A stretch of DNA of 64,000 bases, taken from NCBI GenBank assembly GCA_002633005.1, contig NMRA01001025.1, positions 1-64,000 on the forward strand, given 5' to 3'. Under the pieces are notes generated by a model that was not told where the DNA came from, made no database searches, and saw only the letters and a program-made list of their open reading frames with translations. The DNA is from Phoronis australis. Taxonomy: Eukaryota > Animalia > Phoronida. Positions within the stretch are counted from its first letter, which is position 1; each line of letters opens with the position of its first letter. The translations under genes were made by a program, and so were the position numbers. Of the stretch, positions 38,983 through 50,600 are shown in pieces.

Positions 38983-39638
38983 GTAAGTTGTGGCCTATAC
39001 ACCAACTTCAGTTTCCCTTCAAAATTGGAAAGCATTTCTTGCATGGTACAACACCATCAACATGTAGTCCACATAACCATGCAGACTGAGATCCATTCGG
39101 TATGCAAATATAACAAATTTTCTTTGGTGCCACAGTGCCCCACTGATATCCCCATATATGACCACCTGGCAGGTTACCTTTGGTGAGTGTGGTCAGCGGA
39201 ATCTTAAGAATGACACAGCAGTTGAGTTAGATTGTCTTTTTTAATTACCACTGCCCGAGCACTAGCATACGTTTTCTGTGGTTGAGGGGTTTTCCCCTCC
39301 ACTAGTCATGCCTAAACCACGGAGATGAGCTATAACTGTTTCCGCTTCATAAGCGAAGATTTCTCTTTGTACAAGAGTGGCTAAAGTCTCGAGTACACGG
39401 GAGCAAGCGGCATTAATTAATGCATGCGATTTTGTAGTCAATGAGCCTGCTCAAGCACTGAGCTACAGATCCACCGAAACTGCTTCATAGATTTTGTGAG
39501 ATGGACATAAATCATACGAAATTCCTAGTTTGGGTGCGAATACTTGTTGGATGTTCTAGTACTAATCAAGTTAAATAATTCCTTTTGGTACTTATGAGAT
39601 CATAAACGCTTCGCTTCACCTTTTTGTAAGAATGGTGA

Positions 39639-40535
39639 CAGTGGTGGATCTAGGATATCACAAAGGGGGGCAACATTTTGTCCGGCTGTAAGCATTTGCG
39701 CCAACCACTATTGTAGATGCGCATAGCACCGAATGTGGAAAATTTTTCTGTTTTTCCTCTAAAAATCAAGCGTTTTCCTTGATTCCTGAACTATTATCCA
39801 TGAAAAAAGGCATCAAAAACATGGAGAACGTGTCAAACAGGAAAAACTGCAAGTATCACAGACTCGTAGACCGCCACGATTTACCTCCTAATCTGATACT
39901 AAGAGACCTACTAAATTGTTTATGGTCTACAGCGTTTGCGCGCGAAACCTACTTCATTTTGTAATGCTTATTACACGTGTTATTTTTTGTGCAATCGGTT
40001 CTTAACAAAATTGTTGTATTTAAACTAGTCTTTAAATGCCCAAAAGACCAAATCCGTTTTTCGTGTTGGCAATAATGACGGGATTGCTTTGGAAATCGTT
40101 TTAAGTTAAAGTTTGACAAAGAGAGAATTATGAGTTTCTGAGTGATTCACTAAGGCTTCGATTAAAATTCACATCTTACCAGCAGCTTCTGTATTTTCAT
40201 CGTCACTCAGGTTCCATTTTTTAAAATGAAGTAAATGTTTTTCATTGCACAGTGGAGCAGTCGACGGAAACGGAGTCGTAGTGCGCAGCGCCACTGCCGG
40301 TCGCCTTGGATATGGCGGGAGAGCCTATACTTAGCCATAGTTCCGTTACGAATCCGCTGTGTTTCGAATTTGACACTAAAACTGCACACATTTAAATCTT
40401 GTTTCATCCGTATAATTTTAATTAACGGGGTTAATTAATCAACTCAACATGTCCCTACGCTCTTGCTGTTTTATATTTTTGCGGCAGCCAAGGGGGGGCG
40501 GGCGGGCCCCCTGGGCACCCCTAAATCCGCTTATG
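39639..40535. mobile_element. hAT-like MITE in SQLE-B intron 4
   Basis: cagtggtggatctag ... ctaaatccgcttatg with G/C-run subtermini; absent from copy A; no clear TSD. Confidence 0.55.
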
Positions 40536-40932
40536 TGATGAATCATGTTATATGTCAGTCATCTTGTGCTAACCGACTTTGACCTAATGACGTCATCTGC
40601 CAGCCAACCTAGTGAATGCCTTAGTATACGAGTTTAGCACCAGGTGAAAATTTTGAATGAATATTGGAGTGACAAGCAATCAGTAAAACGTAGAAGCTTC
40701 GAGTGAATAAGAACTCTTTTTGTGCAGTTATTTTCACTTTCATAATTTCTGCAGATAAATCCAAGGCGATCGCAATTGGAACGTGTGCTGGTCAATTGTG
40801 TACAACGCAAGTGTGAAAATATATGTAAACGTATGTCACTGAATTCTATATCTACATATATGTCAGTGAATCTTACCTACACTTTCAACCTTCTAACTCT
40901 GTTGAGATTGAGGGCCAATTTTATCGTTTCAG

Positions 40933-41227
40933 GAGTTCCACGCAGCTGTCACAGTTGTTGCCGATGGACGATTTTCAAAGTTTCGTAAGCAGTTCATGAC
41001 TAAAAAACCAGTAAGTAACTACGTGGTCGTCGGCACTCTTTTGGATGGAGAAAACTCCACGGAGGACGCCCATCAAATTCATTTTTACTCTTTCGACGAT
41101 CTCTCGTGCTACATGTTAGTGTACGACATTTCTGACACGGACCGCCGCGCCATGCTCTTCGCAGCCGATGGAACTTCGAAGAACATGAAGGAATTTATAG
41201 CCGATGTCATTGCCCCTAGGTTGCCTG
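40933..41227 (+). CDS. SQLE: SQLE-like copy B, exon 5
   Basis: 295 nt; contains the VVADGRFSKFRK motif; paralogous to 3106-3400. Confidence 0.92.
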
Positions 41228-42763
41228 GTAAGTGAATTTTTGTTGATAGCAATTCAGCGATGCACCCTTGAACGCCTTAAAGTGTGAGTTTAAAAGGAGA
41301 TTTATTCACGAGATGCGATGAAATTTTGATTTTGCGGAACTTTTTTCGTGTTCAATTTTAGCCAGTTGCGACTTTAGGTCAATACTTTTTAAGGTAAACC
41401 GATATTACACCCTGCGTGCTTTGTATCAAAAATACCTACGTTTTGATTTATACCAATTTCTGTATAAGGTTGGTCTTATCTTGTTCTGTACACGCTTTAG
41501 AAGAGATTTCTGGGATCGGTAAGAACAGATTTCTTCAGTCAAACACGTGACGTTTCAGGTCGCGGCAAAGCTTCCTCGGGCAAATATGCACCGTATGGAG
41601 TAGCCTAGACATTTGTGAGCTAGACTTAAGGCAGCTTGAGGAAAAAATAGGGATCGCTTATCTTGAACACGAACCAGTTGTCTACTTTCACGTCGCACGA
41701 ACTCCAATATATGAAGTTCGTTCAAGAAACGGGAATATAAATCAGTTTTCTTCCAACAGGGAGTACTGAAACGAAACAATTTCCGAGCAAGAAACCCGAA
41801 TCCGGTGTTGTTGTGAGTCTCAGTGTTACGCTTTTGGAGGCGTTGTTTGATTTATTACCAGGTCATTCATACTTGTAGTAAATGTCAACTTTTGATGTGA
41901 ACATCAACAGTAATACCCCACCAACATGTTGAACTTAGGTGGAAACAAACATGCACTAATCGGAAAAGAAAGCTCACGTCCACGGTACCTCTGCGAGTCT
42001 TCTACGGGAGTCATGTTTGAGTTTGAATTATTAATATCACCCGTTCCTCGACTCAGACAACGTAATGAGTCGCAATATTGCTTTTTCAGACATAAAGACG
42101 ACCCTCGAAGAAAAGGTCATTTAAAATCGTGTCATGCTTGAAATGTAGAAATGCGGCATGTTTTCATTGAAAAAGCAGTCACAATAAAAAGACACTACCT
42201 CAATACAGAACGTACCTTATGGCCCTCATGACTCATGTTCTGGTAGTGTCCAGAACACTGCGGGTGTCTTAGTAGGAAGCCTCCCGATTCAAATCGAAAT
42301 AAACCCTCAGGAAACGCCTGTACCGTCACTCATGTTCATGGACCGCTACCATGTGAATATTTGTTTTTCCTCAAAACCCGAAAATTGTGTATCTTTTCTT
42401 TGAAAATCCTCGTTTTTTGACTTGAAGAATTCAAAAATCCTATGAAAATTCTTGTTTAGATTGTGATTTATAAAAAATCTGGAACCGTCATGTGTGGTAC
42501 TTGTTCTTCAGAGAAGGCACTTGTTCATTTTCAGAGTCAATTATTCATACTGTTCTCTTCACATTTGCTCCAAGTGAAACAATTCAGCAAATTCCACCCC
42601 TGTAAGACTACTATTGTACATGTACATGTATAATCAGCATATCACTTTGTATAGTGTAGGGTAGATTTTTAAGAGTCACGACATCACGAACACATTTGCT
42701 GTCTTCACTTGTGATTTCCAAAAGCTGAGTAATTGATTCTTGCTATGGTTTTTTTAATATCAG

Positions 42764-43096
42764 AGAGATTGCAAGCACCACTACGAGATGGCCTAGTGAA
42801 GAACGGGATTCGAACATGCAGGGCGAATTACCTTCCAACAGATCGTGTGTTCACGCCCGGCCTTCTTGTGTTGGGTGACGCATTGAGCATGCGCCATCCT
42901 GTGACTGGAAGTGGAATGACCGTATGCTTGGATGACATCAAACTGTGGGTAGAACTGATGTCGGAAATACCGAATCTCTACGACTACCAAGGAATGAAAG
43001 AAGCAACAAGGACTTTTTACGAACAGCGCATGCATCGTGTATTTACCATAAGCTGCCTAGCTGAAATTTGGAACGGCGTGTTTTCTAGCACTGATG
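42764..43096 (+). CDS. SQLE: SQLE-like copy B, exon 6
   Basis: 333 nt; contains GDALSMRHPVTGSGM; paralogous to 4007-4339. Confidence 0.93.
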
Positions 43097-43247
43097 GTAA
43101 GCAGACGACTCTCAATACATACTGGCAAAGATTGTCTTTGTGAATTAAATGTCGATTATATTTACACAGGTATGCTACGTGCGTTCTTATTTTTCCATAA
43201 ATTGTGTAGGCAAACTGGGATTTGATATAACATCTTCTACAATGTAG

Positions 43248-43335
43248 CTTACCTGAAGCAACTGAAGTTGGGGATGATAAACTACTTAAAACTGGGTGGC
43301 AAGTGTGCAGAAGAACCCGTACTAATGTTGGCGGG
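43248..43335 (+). CDS. SQLE: SQLE-like copy B, exon 7
   Basis: 88 nt; encodes YLKLGGKCAEEPVLMLAG; AG/GT boundaries. Confidence 0.88.
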
Positions 43336-45186
43336 GTAAGTATGTAGTCGCGTTTTTCTTTCTCGGTCAGGGTAGCGTTCCCTGTCACCAGTCACTCGCG
43401 AGACATTTGAGGCGAGGGTTCTTAGTAAATGCTACTGAATAATGTCTTTTTCCGGTAATTTATGGCTGTCTGACCTAGCCATCCACTCGCTTCAGTGGAG
43501 GTCATAGCTAGTGTAAGGTGGGAAGGTCATGAACTCACTCCCGAAACTCCAGTCTTTCACTAGTGTGATATTGCGTGAACTGATCGGTAAACAGCGTTTT
43601 TGAAATAAGTCGCATACAGTATATGCAATAAAACAAAGGCAACGCTATGAGATAAAATTTTGTTTGCAATTATAACCTGTTCGGAACATATCATGAACCT
43701 CTGTTTTACAATAGAATACAAAATATATTGGAGAGAATGCAAGTTTTGCATCAAAATATAATCTAAAAAGATTTACATGCTTCTATCCACAAAAGAACTG
43801 TCAACACCTTCAGTAGTACCACCTGCCTTGTGTTGATTCTTGTGATCAGAATATATACCCACTGTCATGGTAACTATTTATTCAATTAGTAAAATTATTC
43901 TACAGGTAATTTTGCACCCTTTTGCCAGTGCCAAATTATTCTCTTTAGCGGTTGAAGAACAGCGGAGTTGCGAAAAGTTTTAGTGACAGTAAGTTCCATA
44001 CCAAATACAAACACCGGAACAAAGGAATGCAAACAAATTCCACGCATACGGGGCGCAACCTCAGTAGCGCGAGATCGAAGTTGGCATTCAAGGGCTAGAG
44101 TTGGATGCTCTTGTTTTTTATCGCATTGTAAAAAGGACAAGTGGCCTGATTTACTGTCATAATGTATATGTATGGAAAAATATTTTAGTTTAAGTGTTAA
44201 TGAGACAAAAACTATAAGGAATAATTTCACTACGCCTGATGTGTTCGTGTAAGCTGCCAACAGAACTCCGAAGAAGCCTACGGGTCTGCACGAAATTGAA
44301 AGAACATTTAGTTGCCGGTAAGCCGTGAATAACAGAAATTTGTGAAACCCAGAAATTTTAAAAGTTATTGCGTTGTGCTCCCGACACTAGAATAGTTTCT
44401 CATCGCTTTCATTTAATAAAGTTCAGTTTAATGAACTCTTCCCATTTAAGTGCCATCTTTTGGCCACTTTGCGTTTTCAATTAATTAATCGTAGTTCTTC
44501 ATTAGTGGACAACGGTGAATTTTGGTTTTAAAGTTTTTCACGTTAATATGTTTCTAGTTCACTTTAAAGTCAATTTATTCATCACGGAGAGCAATAGCCT
44601 AGGAGAGCACTGCTTTGAGTTAAAAAAATTTGCTAAAGAGCAATGTGCTGGGCTGTCTTTGTGCCGTTTTTTTACAGTTTAAGCAGCAACAAGATCGGTG
44701 TCGGTTTGCTTCAAAGTGCGCTGCCGGTAGCCACATAACTTGCCTCTATATCACGTTGATCTTGATATCACACTAAGGTGATGAAGAAACTAAACTTACA
44801 GATCTAGAATAATTTTACCTGTAATTTATTACCTGAGGCGGTCTTTAAGCTGAAATTTGTCGTATCTTCACGATGAGCCAGGTCAATTAATGCTGCGTGC
44901 GGGAAATGCGAGGTATACACCATATTAACTTACGACTACAGTGAACATGCAATATAATCGCGCTTCATATGCAAACAAATGGCTAATGGACAACCAAATG
45001 CGTACAACACAATGTAAAGCAAGAACAATCAAAACAAAATAACGACGCTTTTATGCTAGGTGGCATCAATATGTTCTCAAGGACATGATCACCACTACTC
45101 CATCAGGGAACTCGGGCCACGGAAATAGACAAGAATTGTCGATGACTTCTGATTTTTGGCCGAGGTACAAAATTTTGTTAAAATGA

Positions 45187-45346
45187 ATTGCAGATTTAGA
45201 GGGGGGCCAAAGGAGCCATGCCCCCCCCCCCTAAAATTCTCCCACATTCCATTTGGCAGTTCCGGGGTCCGAATGCCTGACGGGCAAAATCCTGGCTAAT
45301 GCTCTGCCCTGCCCCCCCCCAACTCAAAATCCTGAATCCGCCCCTG
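45187..45346. mobile_element. Short hAT-like MITE in SQLE-B intron 7
   Basis: gcagatttagagggggg ... aaatcctgaatccgcccctg; absent at the paralogous site in copy A (~5490). Confidence 0.6.
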
Positions 45347-46006
45347 AAGATAATGGTAAAACACTATCAACATGCTACATACCAGTTAGTTTGAAATAGG
45401 ATTTTTTAAGTTGTGAGCGCATACTTTAAAGATGTATTTTCGTGCACCTAACTAGGTATAGCAAGAACTAAACGACAATGCTATTTGAACTTCATCTACG
45501 CTAAACAGCTTGTAAATGTGGAAACAAAAACTTCTGCATATAGGTAAACCTTGCATTATTGACGTACCTTGGGGGCTCACATAACCCGAACCACGTCACG
45601 ATACATACTGGACAAGGTTAAGTGGTTTACGGCGGATCATTTTCGACACAAACCTCGTTCTTAAATACATTTGGCAATTTTTAACCTACTTCATATTCAA
45701 ATCGTCTCTATATGTAGTGTTTCTAACTAATTTGACCAAGCATTCACAGAGATGAGGAATTAGCGTGCAAGTTCCACTTTAAAGTCGGAGTACAGACCAG
45801 AACCAACTATGCTTTTCAGCCTTAGTTTTCCTAAACCTGGAATGGTGCAGGTATAAATAAAGAGGTCGTTATGCTTGTCATATCTAAAGGGAATTTTTTA
45901 CAACGGCCAAAGCATATCTTAAGTTCTTTTCACTTTGTTTTGCAAACATTTTTCGATTCCAAAGACATTTCAGTAAAATATAGCGAGTAACCTTGCTGTT
46001 TTCCAG

Positions 46007-46190
46007 GTATAGGACTAGGCCCCTGTCCTTGTTGAAACACCTTACAACAGCCTTGCTCTTTACCTGTTATCAGACGCTGATCAGCCAACCGTTGGTGAAA
46101 TTCCCTGGATCTATCGTCAACGCCGCAGGCATCTTCACTAAAGCGATGGGCCTCACGTTGAAATTCACACTTCAGGAGTTTTGGGTGTAG
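46007..46190 (+). CDS. SQLE: SQLE-like copy B, exon 8 (terminal)
   Basis: 184 nt to TAG. The eight exons sum to 1473 nt (490 aa plus stop) with no frameshift. Confidence 0.9.
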
Positions 46191-47465
46191 ATTTCAGGGA
46201 TCTGTCGAAATTTGCACCACTGCTATGATAAAATGATTAATCAGGCTATGGGGAACTAATTGTTGAAGTACAAATTGACGTTAAAATTACTGTGAGGTGG
46301 TGGCGCATTAATATTAAGGAATGATGTTGCTCATCACCAATCCATGATATGTCGACATCTAAGAGCTTTGATATTTGGTGTTTGTAATATGATCACGTAC
46401 ATTATGTCATAATTTTCAGGTATTTCGTTTAGGCTCATTAAGCACCACATGTTTCTATTGACCTTCCGAACTTTATAATAGTATAGGTTTGTTATAACTT
46501 ATATTGGGATCAAAAAATGCATCCCACAATTCCCTGCTTTGATTGAAGTCTCCGACATGTTGTTTACGTCAGACACAGGCTAAGCTAAAGGCAATGCCAT
46601 ACAAGTAATTTTGATGAATACGCACATCACATCTGACGCAAACAAGTCAAGGTATTTTTGAAATTCATCCTGGTACGGGTATTGGAGATAGTTAGGCCTA
46701 CAAAAGATCTTAAACCCAGCCGCAGAGCGTCTAAAGCCGCGCACCGGACTGCTGGCAACTCAGTTGTGTCTCCGATGGCATCGGAGACACAACTTTAACA
46801 TACTTCGCCGCAGAGATAATAACTCTTGGGCTGTCTCCGGTGAGTCAATTCATTCTTAAATTATGTTTAGGTAAAAATTATTGTGTGGCTACAGTAGGTC
46901 TTGAAGTACATGTAACTTGAAAAAGGATGACGGTGGATTGTCGCGAATATTGCCACATCTCCCACACTCCTTTATGGCTTATCGCCTGTTCAGAATGACA
47001 GGTGGCGCAAATCTAACTGTTGATGTCATACTCAGTTTTGGGAAGTAACTAAACTACTGTTGTTATTCCACAATTTTTTGTAGAAAAGGTGACCTTGCTC
47101 TGATTGTAGCCTCGGACAAGTAATACGTGCTATTGTGTGACTAACGTTAAAGGTCTTGAAGTATGACTTATCGAAATTGTCGCATTTTCAAAATGAGAGG
47201 TGGTGTGAATCTGTTGCTTACGTTCACAGTTTTGGAGGGTAACTAGATTACTGTTCTTATGTAGTACCAGAACTCTGTAATTCCACAAATTTGTTCCAGG
47301 CAATGTGATCTCTTGGGTAAGGTGGTATCTTAAGGTCTCGTGGCTCCGCAAAGAGCAATCCTTGATTGGTGTTGTGAATTTTTCAAAACCAAAATCGAAG
47401 TTTTCGTGTAACTGAAATTTGAAAAAACTTAAACCCGCGTTAAAATATACAAGATTGCAAATATA

Positions 47466-47637
47466 TTAAGTCTGGTTTTACACGTCACCTGTTGGCCACA
47501 TCACGTGACCTAATAAACATAAGTGGACCCGAAGGCTTAGTGGACTAGAGCTTCAGCACGGTTAACAGAAGGTCGTTGATTCGATATTCATTGGATCACG
47601 TGATGTGATCAGCAGCTGCCACGCAGACCAGGCTTAA
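47466..47637 (+). mobile_element. Paralogous copy of the tRNA-cored inverted-repeat element at 6810-7020
   Basis: ttaagtctgg...cacatcacgtgacc / gatcacgtgatgtg...ccaggcttaa; core gaaggcttagtggactagag. Confidence 0.65.
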
Positions 47638-50600
47638 AATGTTTGCAGTTTATTCAAGTTTTCTTGCCAGCCTACTTTAGCGTTCGCCTGGATATACATC
47701 ATTTAGTCTAAACTTATGCAACACAATCCACAATCAGAATCCGAATGAAATTGGTCTGTGAAACTTGTGGCCTTTGTTTTCTGACGCATTGTGGGTTGCA
47801 GGAATGTACTACTTGCTGACCTCTCAACGCACTTGTTTTAGGTGTAGAAACGCAGGAATGTGAAAGTACTGGTAAGAATTGGCTATAGGCAGGGATAATT
47901 TCAGGTGCGAGTCCCGCATCAATGGTGCAAAAAATAATTTCAATAACGCACTCTGCCTAACTTACTGGGGCCAACAGAAGAAACGAAAAAGGACAGTAAG
48001 CAAACATGGCCCAGCACCTCCAAATTGGGCAATAGACTTGAAACCGTCCGTGTCAATTCAGTCATAATCACGTTTCTTTTCAGAAGTTGTTGAGGATACG
48101 TGTTGATAAGAAATGTGAAATGGACATAATATATTCATAGATCATAAAAGTTGTCCCAGTTTCTTTTACAAGTATTCCTAAACTGTATTATTTGTCTGAA
48201 ATGTTAACAAAATCACAATTCTGTGATCAACTGCCCCCCCCCCCTCCCCTTCAGAAAAGACATCATTGGACCTACATGGACTAATGTTTATGTTTTTGGG
48301 GCCCTCTGTGAAAGATAAATCACGGTCACCCCCATAAACCCCGGAGCACTCCCTGATTCCCCTGTGCTTGCCTACAGTGCTGGTCGTCGGTATGCTACTT
48401 GTACCCCACGTGAACTCGGAAACGTCTGTTTGGACATTTCGAAATTCTTGCGTCTTCGGCACTCTACCGTGGTGTGCTCGTCATTAGTAGCAAAAAATAA
48501 GCGAACAAAAAAATCTCGAAATTTTCTTGGAAAACTTCGTGTTTTAGAAAATGGGCACGCACGGAACGGTGCGTGGTAACTGTTAGAATAATTAGGGTGG
48601 CTAAAAGGTTTAGGTGCCAACGATCTCCACCCACAAAATGTCGCGTGGAGGGTGCGTGTCACAAAAATCGTATTTTAATGTAGATTGTTTTAATCGAAAT
48701 ACGAGGTTGTGGTCAAGTATAGCACAATGCTGACACTTCGTTTCACCTTATGAATCATTGTTGCGTTACCTTTCCTAACAAATTATGACGAGCTTGCTGA
48801 AGACAATGCGTAATGTAATTTGTCCGACACTGAAAATCTGCGGCATCTAGGCTATTGCTCACGGTTGTTCGATTTCTAAGGCGATGACAAGGGCAATTTA
48901 CTCGACTCCTGCTTGGAACTTGGTCACTGCGTCACCGTCATCACTTCCGATCTTTTTAAAGAAATCGACCGATAACATTCATAATACCTTCTATAGCAAT
49001 ATGCATATCCTTTAACAACCAAAAAGGTCTGAAAAGTAACACTCTGGCGCTGAGCCATAGGGATACTATGTCATCGCCAAAACTGAGGAGTCTGAAGTAT
49101 CCTAAGCTTCTCTTTTTAGGTCAACTCTGGTATAGTTCTTGATCCGCGGCTGCACATAGTTCGTAGATGCAGGAAGCACGAGATTTGTTTAACTGAACAG
49201 GTGTGAATCAAATGTGAGTGCAATTTTCCACCACCCTCCCTGCGGTCGCCTCTGTGGCTACCTGGTTGCGCTCCACGCCTCGAGATCGACACCAGCCTTG
49301 CACCTCCGCCTGCAACTCCGTCGTTACGTCAACACCAGTACCCCCATCCAAAAACAGTTTTACCTCAGGCCACCTCTTTCGTTTTAGTAGGGTCTTAGGA
49401 AGGTAAACATTATTGGGGAATAGAAGAGACATAAACTAATTCGTCCTCGCCAAATTTTCCCCGGGGTCCCAAAGTTAGATTCCCCCTTGTCATACCCAAT
49501 TTCGCACCCTCTCCCCACACGTGTTCGGACTTTGTTGTTTGGGACGCAAGCCTCGTGCAGCCGGTCTTTAAAAACGGGGGTACCCAGACTTCAGCAAAAT
49601 TTCGCTAGGAAGGGTCTCTTATTACACTCCAGTAGTTTTCGCGGTTGGGGCATGACTTTGAGCTTTAGGGCTATCTTTTATGAATTCCAAGAGAAGCCAA
49701 AATCATTATATCAATCGGTCCAAAAGTAACGTACATGTATGAAATCCTTATCTTGTGTCGCAGTATCCAGTGAAATACAGGGAGAAACAACATCACCTGG
49801 AAATGAGTAAATGGAACTTGGAACTTCGTGTCGGAAACTTGGATTATAAATCAAAATTCATTTTATTAGGTTGCGGTTTGGGGAAGTTCACTTGGGTCAT
49901 GTATTGAATGGGTAGACATTGAGAAGGAGCGGTTCGTAGTCGGCCCCTGGTGGGCTAATGGACTGCTTTAATATCTCTTGTTGAAAATAAGCTCCCGAGT
50001 TTCGAGCGGATGGCCCCAGAGGGCTTAAATGGTATCAGGTTTCCCAAAATTTCAAAAGGTTACTGAAACTTCAATTTTAGAAGAACTTCAATTTGACTAA
50101 ACATCAAGTGCACTTTGCTGTTCAGTCACTGCAGGGTTGGTGGAGATTTTCCCGAATTCAAGTTCATTGAAGCATCACCAATTCCTTACAAGAGCCATCT
50201 ATTATAATAAAAAATCGTTTGTAGAATCAATCCATTTCCGTAGAGACGTACATGTACATGTAAATCAAGATCTTTTCTGGAAATAACTTTCATATATCAC
50301 GTCATATCGTGGCAACATTATATACAAACTAAAACCACTCGAATTGTGAATTGACAGCCGGTTATTACCTTGCATAACTCTATGAAATCTGCAATTCACA
50401 ATATAAGTTTTTAAGCAACTCCAAAAGTGGTTTAGGCAGATGCGTGTACCTGACGGACATCCACTTGAGACAGTGCATACAGCCGTGTGTATTTTCGGAA
50501 AGGTGAATGAATTTGCTAACAAGATTTATTATTCTTATTTACTTGTCTTTACTTTTGAAATCTCTGTTCAAACTCAATTTTATTTACTAAAAACGCATAT

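Noticed and set aside
26788-46190. Horizontal (bacterial or fungal) origin of the SQLE-like genes
   Set aside because: Spliceosomal introns at positions apparently shared with vertebrate SQLE favour vertical inheritance, pending alignment.
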